Notes: a model not told the origin generated them from the letters alone. Counted from the first letter of the stretch, positions 21,675 through 32,301 are shown. The stretch: 64,000 bases of DNA from an uncultured Spirochaetota bacterium (GCA_963781885.1 CAWAHW010000003.1:160627-224626), one strand, 5' to 3'. Program-made: numbers and translations.

Positions 21675-21708
21675 GTATCTGCCTGAGAGTCGCGAAACGA
21701 GGAGCGGA

Positions 21709-22521
21709 ATGGAGACCAAGGACGTCGTCAGCAGGAAACGCGGCCCGCGGGGGCGGGGAAAAGTCGGCAACCAGGACATCAGCAACGCGGTCCTCGAGGC
21801 GATCTTCAAGTCGGGAACCTGCAGGGTCGCAGACCTGGCCGCGGACCTCGGAGTTTCCGAGGTTTCCGTCAGGAAGAGCCTCAACAAGCTCGAGCGCCAG
21901 GGCCTCGTGCGGCGCTATCATGGCGAGGCCCGGCTCTACGACGGGGATGACATTCCCTTCAGGATGCACCTCCACTACCCCGAGAAGCAGGCCATCGCCC
22001 GCCAGGCCGCGGAGCTTGTCGCCCCGGGGGACACGATCCTCCTCGAGGCCGGGTCGGCGATCGCGATGTTCGCCCAGAGGATCCGGGACACGAAGGGGTT
22101 GACCGTCGTCACCACCAACCTGTTCATCGCCCGTTCGTTCCGGGGCTCCAAGACGCAGGTCGTCGTGCTCGGTGGACTCTACCAGGAGGAGAGCGAGAGC
22201 CTCGTCGGCCCGTCGGTGTGCGAGGCGGTGAAGCAGATAGGCTTCTCGAAGGCATTCATCGGCGTCTCCGGCTTCACCCGCGCCTCGGGATTCATGCTCA
22301 ATGACGTTGCCCGGGCCGACGTGACACGGGCTATCCTGGAGCGCGCGGCCGAGTGCGGTGCCAGGACATGGGTTCTCACCGACTCATCCAAGTTCGGCGT
22401 CTCGCACGCCGCGGTGGTATGTCCCGACCTGTCCCTTTTGAGCGGGATCGTGACGGATCCCGGGATCACGGAAGAATACAGGTCGCACTTCCTGAAGGCC
22501 GGTCTCCAGATCCTGACCTGA
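21709..22521 (+). CDS. DeoR/GlpR family transcriptional regulator
   Basis: LAADLGVSEVSVRKSLNKLE HTH; EKQAIARQAAELV, ILLEAGS, LTDSSKFG. Confidence 0.93.
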   Translation: METKDVVSRKRGPRGRGKVGNQDISNAVLEAIFKSGTCRVADLAADLGVSEVSVRKSLNKLERQGLVRRYHGEARLYDGDDIPFRMHLHYPEKQAIARQAAELVAPGDTILLEAGSAIAMFAQRIRDTKGLTVVTTNLFIARSFRGSKTQVVVLGGLYQEESESLVGPSVCEAVKQIGFSKAFIGVSGFTRASGFMLNDVARADVTRAILERAAECGARTWVLTDSSKFGVSHAAVVCPDLSLLSGIVTDPGITEEYRSHFLKAGLQILT

Positions 22522-22555
22522 GGCCCCGGCACGCCAGCGGGCTGCAGGGGCGGGC

Positions 22556-24948
22556 CTATCGGAACGAATGCTCGGTGCGGGCGATGATGTCGTCCTGCTG
22601 GTCCGGGGCGAGGTCGTTGAAATAGGCGGAGTAGCCGGCAACGCGGACAACCAGATCGCGGTGCCGCTCGGGATGCTTCTTCGCGTCGAGGAGCGTCTCG
22701 CGGGACACCAGGTTGTACTGGATGTGCCAGCCCTTCATGTCGTCGAAAAAGGTCCGCAGCATCGCTTCGAGGCGTCCCCGGTCTTCGACCGTGCGGAGCG
22801 ATCCGGGGGTCAGCTTCTGGTTGAGGAGGACGCCGCCAAAGATCTCACGGGCGGGCAGCTTGCCCACCGACGACAGGACTGCCGTCGGTCCGAGGAGGTC
22901 CGTGCCCGATGACGGGGAGGAACCTTCCGCGAGCGGCGTGCCCGCCCTGCGGCCGTCGGGCGTCGCCTTGACGGCCGCTCCCGAGGGGACGTTGGAGGAA
23001 ATGCTCGAGGTGCCCGGGTAGTAGCCTCCGCCGATCGGCCCACGCCCGAAGCGCGTGTTTCGATACCGCGTGATCTCGTCGATGTAGGCGCGGTAGGCCT
23101 CGATCGTGATCGAGTCGACGTCGTCGTCATCGTTGCCGTACTTGGGCGCTTTGTTCAGGAGCTTGAGACGGAGTATCTCCCCGTCTTTCCCCGCAAAGTC
23201 AGTGTCGAGGGCGGCGAGGAGCTCCTCCTTCGTCACCGATTTCTCCTCGTAGACAAGCCGCTTGATCGCGGCGAAAGAATTGCCCATGTTGGCGATACCG
23301 ACTTGCAGGCCGGAGATCCAGTCATAGACGGCGCCGCCCTCCTTGATGGTCTTGCCGCGCCCGATGCAGTCGTCGGTGAAGACCGAGCAGAGGATGTCGG
23401 GCACTTCCGTCTCCAGCGCCGTGTCGACCGCGGTATCCACCTCGACGCTCGCCCGTGTATAGAAGGCGACCTGGCGGCGCCATGCGTCCATGAGGTCAGC
23501 GAAGGTGGCGAAATCCGCGAGCGTGCCCGTGCCGGGGAAGAACGCCTTCCCCGAGGTCGCGTCGATGCCGTCGTTCAACGTCGCCAGCAGGATCCGCGGC
23601 ATGTTGAGGAAGCTCATGCCCGTCGTGCGGTAGCCCCACTTTCCGGGCACCGCCACCTCGATGCAGCCGATGGCCGAGTAGTCGCGGGCGTCGTCGAGGC
23701 TCACGCCGCGTTCGAGCATGCCGGGCACCACAACCTCGTCGTTGTTGAATGCCGGCATGCCGAAGCCACGGTCGATCACGCGGGCGCAGGCGTCGAGGAA
23801 CTCCCTCGTCATGCAGCCATGGTAGCGCACCGACAGATTGGGCTGCGTGAGCTTGAGCTCACCCACGGTTTCAAGGATGAGGGTGGAGAGCCGGTTGGTT
23901 GCGTCTTTCCCGTCCTTGTCCACGCCGCCGATGGTGACGTTCTGGTAGAGGGGCCCACCCGCGGAGTAGCGCGTATGGGACCACGAGCGGATCTTCTTGA
24001 TCGCCAGGAGCTTGAGCCAGGTCGCCTCGAGGAGCTCGGCTGCTTCCTCGCGCGAGATGCGCTTCGAGTCGAGGTCACGGTCGTAGAAGGGCCCGAGGAA
24101 CTGGTCCATGCGGCCGAAGGACACGGAATGGCCGTTCGACTCGATCTGGAGGACCGCCTGCACGAAGTAGGCGAGCTGGAGGGCTTCGCGGAAGCTTCGG
24201 GGCGCTCCTTCCGCGATTGCCGTCGCAGGTCGCGGCGATCGTGGCGAGCTCCGCCGCGCGGGACTTCGAGGTCGCGCGGGAGGCCTCGTCGGTCGCCAGT
24301 GCGGCAAAACGCTGGATGTACGCAGAGAAGCCCTCGAGCGCGTCGATCATCGCGAGGTGCAGCTGCCGACGCCTCAAGCCGTCCCAGGTCGAGACGTCGT
24401 CTGCTTCGAGCTCGCGAGCGACCAGCGCCTTGTATCCTGCGAGCCCGAGCTCCAGGATCCTGCGCGTGTTCGGGGCGATATGACCGTCGCCCGACGTCAT
24501 GTTGCCCTCCGCGCGCACCATGCCCGGAGTCGTGGATGGCCTTGAGCTCGGGGCTGAGGAGTGCTTCGGCCCTGTCGTGGAGGGTCTTGCCTTTCCAGTA
24601 TTTCACGATCTCCAGGAGCTCGGCCTTGTCCCCCGGGGAGATTTCATACGACTCGGCGGGCCGGTTCCCGATCCCCTCGATCTCCCGCTCGATCCACGCG
24701 ACCGCGTACTCGGGAAAGATCGGAGCCGCCCTGTTCCTCGAGGCGAGGTTTCCCACAACAAGCTCATCCTTCCCGATCCAGATGGTCATCTCTTCGAGGG
24801 TGCGCCGGAGGGCCTGGGCGCGGCGCCTGGCCACGGGGAGGTTCTCGGTTTCCTTGTAGAGGCGGGTGTAGATGCGGGCGCGTTCGATGCAGATCGACGG
24901 CTTGGTCGAAAGGATCTCGTCCTTGATCCGGGCAATGCGTTCGGTCAT
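22556..24948 (-). CDS. ybiW: Glycyl radical enzyme, YbiW/PflF-type; two frameshifts (about 24535 and 24225)
   Basis: VVRVAGYSAYF glycyl motif; SAIGCIEVAVPGKWGYRTTGMSF with single Cys; KIRSWSHTRYSAGGPLYQNVTIGG and TQPNLSVRYH closely match recalled E. coli YbiW. Confidence 0.85.
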
Positions 24949-24950
24949 GG

Positions 24951-25862
24951 TCAGCCTCCAGTCGACGTCGCGAAGCCGAAGGCGGCGGCCTTCGCCTCCC
25001 AGCGAGCGACGTCGCGTCTTTCTATGTCATGCCCCCCCTTCCAGGTACACTCGCGGTCGAGCATCGCGTATTTCCCGAGAGCGAGCTCATGGTAAGGCAG
25101 AAAGTCGACACGCCGCGTCACGCCCCTCGGGTTGGGAAGGGCGGCCGCGAACGTGAGCATTGCCTCGATCGAGGCGTCGTCCGCGTTGAAGCCAGGCACG
25201 AGAGGAACCCGAAGCTCGAGGTCGGCTCCCGAGGCCGCGAGAGTCGTCGTGTTCGCCATGACCTGGACAAGATTCCCGCCCGTGTCTTGCTTGAATCGGT
25301 CCGCGTCCACCTGTTTGAGGTCGGCGAGCCAGAGGATCGGAAGGCCGAGGAGGGGCGCGAGTGCACCGGGGGACACAGCGAGGCAGGTTTCGATGGCGAC
25401 GTTGACGCTGCGCCCCATAAGGATCTCGGCGAGCTCTCGCGCGAAGGCAGGGTGGGCGAGCGGTTCTCCGCCCGAGAACGTGGCACCCCCTCCGGACTTC
25501 GCGAAGAAGGGCGCGTCTTTCATGACCTCGAGAGCGACTTCTTCCGCCGTCATATTTTTTCCGGCGATGCGGATTGCGAGCGAGGGGCATACCCTCGCCA
25601 AGCCCGGGACCGCTTTCGCGGCCCGATTGGCCTGCACGGTCCCGTCCTCGCGCTGAGCCATTGCCCCTCCGAAGGCAGCGTCCAGACAGGCGTGGCAGCC
25701 GACGCAGCGATGCTCATTGTAAAGGATTTCCGGCTCGAAGGATTGTCCTTCCGGGTTGGAGCACCAGGCACAGCGCAGGGTGCAGCCTTTGAAAAAGACG
25801 ACCGTCCTTATGCCCGGACCGTCATGAGTCGAGAAGCGCTGAATGTCGAAGATTACAGCCAC
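24951..25862 (-). CDS. ybiY: Glycyl radical enzyme activating enzyme (radical SAM, ferredoxin insert)
   Basis: FDIQRFSTHDGPGIRTVVFFKGCTLRCAWCSNPE; CVGCHAC; FSGGEPL; start GTG at 25862 or 25874. Confidence 0.9.
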   Translation of the reverse strand: MAVIFDIQRFSTHDGPGIRTVVFFKGCTLRCAWCSNPEGQSFEPEILYNEHRCVGCHACLDAAFGGAMAQREDGTVQANRAAKAVPGLARVCPSLAIRIAGKNMTAEEVALEVMKDAPFFAKSGGGATFSGGEPLAHPAFARELAEILMGRSVNVAIETCLAVSPGALAPLLGLPILWLADLKQVDADRFKQDTGGNLVQVMANTTTLAASGADLELRVPLVPGFNADDASIEAMLTFAAALPNPRGVTRRVDFLPYHELALGKYAMLDRECTWKGGHDIERRDVARWEAKAAAFGFATSTGG

Positions 25863-25927
25863 TGAGAAGAACACTATCAGCTTATTTTCATTTGGTCAAT
25901 ATTTAATTCCGTTCGTAAGTATTACAG

Positions 25928-26971
25928 TCATGGGAGCTGTGCCGCTGGAGCGGTATCCCCGGGGAGCAACGTCGGCCCGGTAGATGAGCGGACGATCAAT
26001 TGCGGCGCGAGTATGACTTGCTTGAAGGGAGCCTCGCTTTGAATTCGTTCGAGGATCAGGTCCACTGCGATCCGGGCGATGTCGTTGATCGGCTGGTGAA
26101 CCGTGGTCAGCGAGGGCGATGAGAACGAAGCATACGTGATGTCGTCATACCCGGTGAAGGAGACTTCCTGCGGCGCGGACACTCCCCGGTCGTGTGCGGC
26201 CTTGATGCCACCGAGCGCCATCTGATCGTTCGAGAAGACGATGGCGGTCGGTCGCTGAGCTTTCCCCCACAGGGCAATGAAGGCATCGTATCCGCTTTCC
26301 AGGGACCAATCGCCGCGGAACACGAGTCGTTCATCGTACTCGATGCCGTGTGACCTGAGGAATCTTCTGTACGTGACAAGCCGTTCCCTCGCGTTGATCT
26401 CCTGCAGCCGGCCGCAGACAAAGGCGATCCGGCGGTGTCCCAGTCCCGTCACGTGGCCAAGAACAAGCCTCATCCCGGCACCGTTGTCCGTGTCGACGTA
26501 CGAGTGCGGGGTGCCCCGCGATCTCCCGTGTACGGCGACGAACGGAGCATTCTCCGCGGCGAGCAGCTGCACATTCGCATCGTCGACGGCGGGCGCGAAG
26601 ACGATGAGTCCGTCCACTTTCCGCTCGGTGATGAGGCGATGCAGCTCGGGGTTCTCGGATCCGTTCCTGATCGATCCGAGAAACAGGTGGTATCCCCGGC
26701 TGCTGAGGTTCTGCTCCAGCTTTACGGAGAGCTCGATGAAGTAAGGCCGGGCTATGATGTATTCCTCCGGAGGGAATATCAACCCGATGTTTTTCGTCCG
26801 CCCGGCCGAAAGCGCCCGCGCGGCGGCGTTCGGGTGGTAAGAAAGCTCACGGATGGCCGTGAGAACGCGCTCTCGGGTTCCCTGGCGGACATTGGGCAGG
26901 TTGTTCACCACCCGTGAGACCGTCATGTATGAGACGCGGGCCCTTCGCGCCACATCCTGCTGCGTTGCCAT
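25928..26971 (-). CDS. LacI family transcriptional regulator
   Basis: TQQDVARRARVSYMTVSRVVN; SFTGYDD; PSLTTVHQP; RBS AAGGGAG. Confidence 0.95.
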   Translation of the reverse strand: MATQQDVARRARVSYMTVSRVVNNLPNVRQGTRERVLTAIRELSYHPNAAARALSAGRTKNIGLIFPPEEYIIARPYFIELSVKLEQNLSSRGYHLFLGSIRNGSENPELHRLITERKVDGLIVFAPAVDDANVQLLAAENAPFVAVHGRSRGTPHSYVDTDNGAGMRLVLGHVTGLGHRRIAFVCGRLQEINARERLVTYRRFLRSHGIEYDERLVFRGDWSLESGYDAFIALWGKAQRPTAIVFSNDQMALGGIKAAHDRGVSAPQEVSFTGYDDITYASFSSPSLTTVHQPINDIARIAVDLILERIQSEAPFKQVILAPQLIVRSSTGPTLLPGDTAPAAQLP

Positions 26972-27060
26972 GAGCTCCCTTCTCGACCATGTGATTATAG
27001 CGGCTATTGCGCTTCCAGAAAAGCTGGTTCGAACCCGGCTCAAAGCTCCGGAAAAAAAGG

Positions 27061-27112
27061 TTGACAGGAGCGTATCGCCGATCCATACTCCCGCAATGTG
27101 TGCGCACACATT
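27061..27112 (+). promoter_or_regulatory. Sigma70 promoter with perfect 18-bp LacI-type operator
   Basis: TTGACA(27061)-17bp-CATACT(27084); palindrome AATGTGTGCGCACACATT at 27095-27112, similar to symmetric lacO. Confidence 0.75.
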
Positions 27113-27452
27113 TTTATGTGTCGGAGGTTGGCGACAAGTTGTTTGCACGCTGTAGCGGGGTTATTCAGGGTTAGATTCTTGGATGAGGCAAACCACCTCT
27201 TTGGGTTAGATTTCCGGTGAGGCAACGCGATGTCTTGACATCGTGCTTGTTGTCCGTCATTATGAACAAAAGACCATAATCAGCCGCATGGACAAATTCA
27301 GCCCGAAACACGCCTCGGGGCTGGACCAAAAGGAACATGGACGGCGGAGCTCACAGTGGGGAGCCTTCTACGGTCATTCGGTAATCGCGGCGGGATTATG
27401 GGCTCGTCGTAAAGAAGGACGAGGTTTCGATCAAGGAAGAAGGAGATAGGCG

Positions 27453-27839
27453 ATGAAGGTAGCTGTTCCAGCACAGGGTGGGCTCGTAGACGAGCATTTC
27501 GGCCATTGCAAAGAGTTCCTCGTGTTTGCGGTATCCGCGGATGGGTCGCTTCAAAGCGAAGCGACGATTCCCTCGGCGGAAGGTTGCGGCTGCAAATCGG
27601 ATATAGCCTCGGTCCTTGCGCGTGCGGGGGTCACTCATCTCGTGGCCGGCAACATGGGCGAGGGTGCGGTCCAAGTACTCAGCTCCCAGGGCATTGAGGT
27701 GGTCCGCGGCGCATCGGGTGATGCGAGGAAGGCCGCGCTGGCGTTCGCCAACGGAAAGCTGGCCGACTCTGGCGTCGGTTGCACCGTCCATGCGCATGAG
27801 GCAGGCCATGACTGCAATCGACCGAACGGAACGGTCTGA
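27453..27839 (+). CDS. NifB/NifX (FeMo-cofactor-binding) family protein
   Basis: MKVAVP, VDEHFGHCKEF, GCGCKS, AGNMGEGA. Confidence 0.88.
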   Translation: MKVAVPAQGGLVDEHFGHCKEFLVFAVSADGSLQSEATIPSAEGCGCKSDIASVLARAGVTHLVAGNMGEGAVQVLSSQGIEVVRGASGDARKAALAFANGKLADSGVGCTVHAHEAGHDCNRPNGTV

Positions 27840-28265
27840 TGGCGAAATACGTCATTATCGGAGGCGTCGCGGGGGGCGCCACGACTGCCGCCCGCCTGCG
27901 CCGTTTGGACGAGACGACGCAGATCATTCTCCTGGAGCGCGGCGAATATATCAGTTACGCCAATTGCGGCCTGCCGTACTGCGCGGGGGGTAATCAAAGA
28001 ACGCTCGAAGCTCTTTGTCATGACCCCGGAACGTTTCAGGGCAACCCTTGCCGTTGATGTTCGTACTGGCCATGACGCGACAGCGATCGACCCGGCAGGA
28101 AAAGCGTAACCATTGTCGAGAAATCGACCGGGCCGTCCAGAAAACATCGGGTGCATCGGCTGTAGCTTCCGGACAAACATTTCCCGTGCTGCCCGTGGGA
28201 GGCTCGAAAGAAGCGACCCTCATAGTATTCTCAGACGACTTTGACCGAGCATTAGCGAGCTTCGA
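27839..28265 (+). pseudogene. Collapsed CoA-disulfide/persulfide reductase (N-terminus plus DsrE-like tail fragment)
   Basis: IIGGVAGGATTAARLRR...SYANCGLPY then breaks; LIVFSDDFDRALASF about 250 bp later. Confidence 0.75.
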
Positions 28266-28269
28266 AATC

Positions 28270-28465
28270 TCTCAAGGTGAAGCCTTGTATCGCATCGCAA
28301 CAGCTCGTCATACTGCGGTCCAGCGATGTTGTCCGAGGCCTTCGTGAGGGAGGCTGCGTCAGATATGAGCTCATTGACCCGAGAGTTTTCGGCCTGATCC
28401 GTGACCTTGACGCAAGGAAATGTCCAAATGTGAATCGTGTACTCGATGGTACGAAGGAGCGCTGA
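28270..28465 (+). pseudogene. ArsR-family HTH C-terminal remnant
   Basis: SQQLVILRSSDVVRGLREGGCVRYELIDPRVFGLI. Confidence 0.55.
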
Positions 28466-29146
28466 TGGCCAGACCGCCGGTGGCACGAATTCTTGGTTCC
28501 CGGCTGCCCAAGAGAGGATTCAGGCCTTATGGCGCGACCGTCAGTGCTGCCGATGACGTCGTGTTGACTTTCGACGAAGCGGAGGCTTTGCGGCTCGCCG
28601 ATCTGGAAGGCCTATATCAACAAGCCGCGGCGCAGCGAATGGGAATATCTCGGCCGACATTCGCCAGGATCATTCGAGTCGGCTCGGCGGAAGACCGCCG
28701 ACGCTCTGCTCAACGGCAAAAAGCTTCGCATAGCGGGTGGAGTTGTCGCCATTCAGAAGGAGGAGACCGGCCCGCTCATTGTTGCGATCCCGGTGACCTC
28801 CCGTGGTCTGGTCGAGACTCATTTCGGTCGCTGTGAGCGTCTTGCGGTTCTTACGATCGGGACCGACAAAACCATTCAGCTTGAGCAGACGGTAGAAGCT
28901 TCGATAGGGCCGGGATGCAGGTCGAGCGCGATATCCCTTCTTGCGACGATGCACGTGCAGGCCCTTGTTGCCGGTTGTATTGGCGATGGCGCCATCCATG
29001 TCTGCGCTGCTCACGGCATGGCGGTCGTGCGCGGCGCCTCGGGTGTGGCCCGCGAAGCCGGGTTGGCATATGCGCGCGGCGAGCTCGAGGACTCGGGAAT
29101 AGTGTGCGGGAAGACCTGCAAAGCTATGGCGCGCAACTGCCATTAG
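28465..29146 (+). CDS. DUF134 HTH domain fused to a NifB/NifX domain (frameshift near 28675)
   Basis: DEAEALRLADLEGLYQQAAAQRMGISRPTFARII; then VETHFGRCE...AGCIGDGA. Confidence 0.75.
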
Positions 29147-29164
29147 CGAGGATTCTCCCCGCCC

Positions 29165-29518
29165 CTATCTCGGCATACTCGCTAGGCTTCCTCCGTTGAT
29201 CACGTCGGTGAATCCGGCCCGCCTCAGAATACGCGCCGCCTGGGCGCTCCGCGCTCCCGAGGCGCAGTAAAGCACGATGGGCTTGTCTTTCGGCAAGTCG
29301 GCCATGCGGGAAGGCAAGGTGTCCAGCGGTATGTTTCTTGCCTTGGGGTACGAAGAGCCCGCGAATTCTCGAGGCGTGCGCACATCAATGATCTTCGCAC
29401 CTGACCGTATCTTTTCGCTCACCACCGAAGCCGGAGCCTTTTTTGCCCGAAATCTCTGGATGACGATAAACCCTACGACTACGGCTATCGCGATGGAGAG
29501 AACCAGTTTGTTATCCAT
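29165..29518 (-). CDS. Membrane-anchored rhodanese-like protein
   Basis: IIDVRTPREF, VLYCASGARS; N-terminal TM. Confidence 0.9.
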   Translation of the reverse strand: MDNKLVLSIAIAVVVGFIVIQRFRAKKAPASVVSEKIRSGAKIIDVRTPREFAGSSYPKARNIPLDTLPSRMADLPKDKPIVLYCASGARSAQAARILRRAGFTDVINGGSLASMPR

Positions 29519-29562
29519 GGTTCTACTTTAAGCGGGATTGAGATTCGTGAAAGTGACTTTTA

Positions 29563-29886
29563 TCACGCATGGACTATCGTGATGGAGATGGGCGCAGGCA
29601 AAGCGACCCCTCCCGCCACCTGAACAGTCTTGAAGACGCCGCTTGGCACGACGCAGCCGGCACAGCATCCCCTCAGGTGAGCGCGGGCCGCCTTCAGCAC
29701 GATGCCGTCAGATCCATCGCCGATCTCTTGGTAGGCGTCGATAGGGGAAGCGAGCGCCTCCCCAAGTCCCCGTATCTTCTCGCACTCGCTTCCGATCTCA
29801 AGCACCACAATCTGCTGGTCATCGGAACGAGCGGTGATCGTCGTGTGAAAGCCGCATACCCCTGCATTGATTGTTGTGTGTATCAT
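29563..29886 (-). CDS. Cys-rich small protein (DUF6951-like)
   Basis: INAGVCGFHT...SECEKI...CCAGCVVPSG; RBS GAGGG. Confidence 0.7.
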   Translation of the reverse strand: MIHTTINAGVCGFHTTITARSDDQQIVVLEIGSECEKIRGLGEALASPIDAYQEIGDGSDGIVLKAARAHLRGCCAGCVVPSGVFKTVQVAGGVALPAPISITIVHA

Positions 29887-30152
29887 GGAGCCCTCATGAA
29901 CTCTGTCAGAATGGAAAGGGGAGGGAAGACAATTGCTTCCTCCTCGCATTGATGGGAGCAGTTGCTGCAGCCTACCACGCATTGGAATGGCTGAAGCACC
30001 TTTGGGGTGTTCGCATCGTCATCCCACCCATACACCCCATGACTGCAGAAATCATAGCATTTGCGGCAGCCTACGCACTTTGTGACGTCCACCGTCGGAT
30101 GCCAGGGAATCCGTTCCCGCGGCGTTCCTTTCCATGTGCCGTAGTCTTTCAT
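29883..30152 (-). CDS. 2x[4Fe-4S] ferredoxin family protein
   Basis: CVGCRKCYDFC and CVVGCSNCSHQC. Confidence 0.9.
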   Translation of the reverse strand: MKDYGTWKGTPRERIPWHPTVDVTKCVGCRKCYDFCSHGVYGWDDDANTPKVLQPFQCVVGCSNCSHQCEEEAIVFPPLSILTEFMRAP

Positions 30153-30166
30153 CGTCCGACCTCCTC

Positions 30167-30924
30167 TTATGTGCGGGATGAAACGGCGCTCTCATGCGCC
30201 ACACTGACATCACGAACTACGATGAATGATAGAATCACCAGTCCCGCCAATGCGAGGGCGTAGGCGCCGTAGAGCAGGGGAAAGCCCCCTCTATTGATCA
30301 GGCGCACGCCGAGAGCCGTGCCGATTCCGCCCCCGCCCATGAAGGCGAATGCCGCAAGGGACACGGCCATCCCCCGTGACGCGGCCGCGATGCTCAGAAG
30401 CAGCGCCGTGGCGATGATTGACAGTCCCGCATAGGTAGCGAATACTCCGCGCCAGCTGACGAGATAGGCGATAGTGCCTCCTATGGCCATGCTCAGACCT
30501 TGGCCGAGGAACGACACCCCATGAAAGTCCCGATCGCGCCTTGTCTCTCTTCCATGGGGAAAAGGTCCCCGATCGGCGCAAGAGATATCGGCATGACAGA
30601 CGCCGCAAAAACTCCCGTCAAGGCCCGGTAGACGGCCAGCCCGGTCAAGCTGCTTCCGAGCGCTGACAGTCCCGTCCCCACGGTGAAGGCGATCATGGCA
30701 ATGCTGATCACCTGCCGTTTGCCGAACCGGTCCGCCAGCGGACCGAAAACCAGTTGAAATATCCCGAAGGGAATCATGTATGCGGTGATGAGGAGACCGG
30801 CCTTGACGGGGTCGACGCCGATTCCAGGGGCGATTGAGGGCAAGATCGGAGAAACAACCCAATTGTCTGCCATGACGACGAATCCCGAAAGGCCAAGGAT
30901 TGCGAGTATCGAGCTCTTCTTCAT
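30167..30924 (-). pseudogene. MFS transporter, frameshifted and internally deleted
   Basis: GPLADRFGKRQV motif A; frameshift near 30520; about 250 aa total versus about 390 expected. Confidence 0.75.
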
Positions 30925-30932
30925 GGACGTGG

Positions 30933-31169
30933 TCACCGGGCCTTGATCAATTCTTTGAGCTGATCGACGGTGGGGTTTTTCCCCTGAAGCACCACTGTTC
31001 CGTCGATCACCAAAGCCGGCGTGGAGATGACACCCCTTTGGACGATCTGCTGGATATCCGTCACCTTCCGTACCTCGGCCGTCACGGCGAGCTCGGTAAG
31101 AGCTTTCTTCACGTTCTGCTCCATGCTCATGCACTTCGAGCAGCCTGATCCCAATACCTCGATCTTCAT
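30933..31169 (-). CDS. Small redox-active disulfide protein (MTH895/thioredoxin family)
   Basis: MKIEVLGSGCSKC, GVISTPALVIDG. Confidence 0.92.
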   Translation of the reverse strand: MKIEVLGSGCSKCMSMEQNVKKALTELAVTAEVRKVTDIQQIVQRGVISTPALVIDGTVVLQGKNPTVDQLKELIKAR

Positions 31170-31209
31170 ACTTCGTGCCTCCTCGTGATTGCGGGCTCAA
31201 GTTCGCTTT

Positions 31210-32292
31210 TTATAAAACGATGTTGAATAGATATCCGACGATCAGGATGCCGACCCCGACAACGCCAATGAATGTAGCGATAAGCGGCATTTTCAGCACC
31301 TTTCGAAGAATGATCATTTCAGGCAGTGAAAGGCCGATCACCGACATCATGAAAGCAAGGACGGTTCCAAGCGCGGCGCCTTTTTCCAGCAAAGCCTGCA
31401 CAATGGGAATGATTCCCGCTGCATTCGAATACATGGGGATGCCGATGATCACCGCAAGCGGAACGGACCACCATGCTCCTTTGCCCATGATCGAGGCCAT
31501 GAGATCCTGGGGCACGTAGCCGTGTATGCCAGCCCCGACCGCGATTCCCGCAAGCACGTACGGCCATACCTTGCCGACGATCTCTTTCACCGCGTCACGG
31601 CCGAGAGCCGCACGCTCTGCCCAGGTTATCTTCGCCTCTGGTCCACCTGCGGAGGAAGCAGGCGCAGTGGCGTACACCCAACCTTCTACCCAACGCTCCA
31701 GGCGAAGCTTCCCAATCACCCAGCCTGCGATCATGGCTATAACAAGCCCCGTTCCAAGGTAGAGCGCTGCCACCTTCCAGCCAAAAAGGCCGAAAAGGAG
31801 GACAAGCGCGACTTCGTTGATCATGGGCGCCGCAATGAGAAAGGAGAATGTGACCCCGAGGGGGACGCCCGTTGTGACAAAGCCGATGAATAACGGCACC
31901 GCCGAGCAGGAGCAGAAGGGTGTCACTACGCCCAGGAGCGAGCCGAGCACGTTTCCCAGTGCTTCTCGTCTGCCTGCAAGGAGTCGACGGGTTCGCTCCG
32001 GCGTGAAGAATGAGCGTATGATCCCCACCCCAAATACCACGACCAGCAGGAGCATCAGGACTTTCGGACCTTCGTAGACAAAGAATGCGACTGCGGAGGC
32101 AAGTCTGTTGCCAACCGACATTCCAAGCGCCCCGTAGACAAGCCAGTTGGTAAAACGCTCAAGGTTGCTGTACGCAAGCCACCATGCCGCTACCGCCGCT
32201 AATGTGACAAATAGCCAGAGAACCCACTTTCCGGCTATCGGGCGCTTCACGCCCTTTTCTGCGGCAGGCCGCCGCTGTACGTTGCTGCTCAT
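31210..32292 (-). CDS. arsP: ArsP/DUF318 permease
   Basis: TPFCSCSAVP, FLIAAPMINE, GIPMYSNAAG, GLSLPEMIIL. Confidence 0.88.
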   Translation of the reverse strand: MSSNVQRRPAAEKGVKRPIAGKWVLWLFVTLAAVAAWWLAYSNLERFTNWLVYGALGMSVGNRLASAVAFFVYEGPKVLMLLLVVVFGVGIIRSFFTPERTRRLLAGRREALGNVLGSLLGVVTPFCSCSAVPLFIGFVTTGVPLGVTFSFLIAAPMINEVALVLLFGLFGWKVAALYLGTGLVIAMIAGWVIGKLRLERWVEGWVYATAPASSAGGPEAKITWAERAALGRDAVKEIVGKVWPYVLAGIAVGAGIHGYVPQDLMASIMGKGAWWSVPLAVIIGIPMYSNAAGIIPIVQALLEKGAALGTVLAFMMSVIGLSLPEMIILRKVLKMPLIATFIGVVGVGILIVGYLFNIVL

Positions 32293-32301
32293 CGCGGCTC
32301 C

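Noticed and set aside
14512-24859. Long antisense ORFs (14512-15753, 17063-18235, 23303-24859 and similar)
   Set aside because: GC-rich shadow frames opposite well-supported genes, with no motifs.
22556-24948. Pyruvate formate-lyase
   Set aside because: Single Cys (GCIE) rather than the PFL Cys-Cys pair; motifs match YbiW.
27453-29146. Nitrogen fixation genes
   Set aside because: NifB/NifX-like domains are common outside diazotrophs, and no nifHDK or radical-SAM NifB is present.
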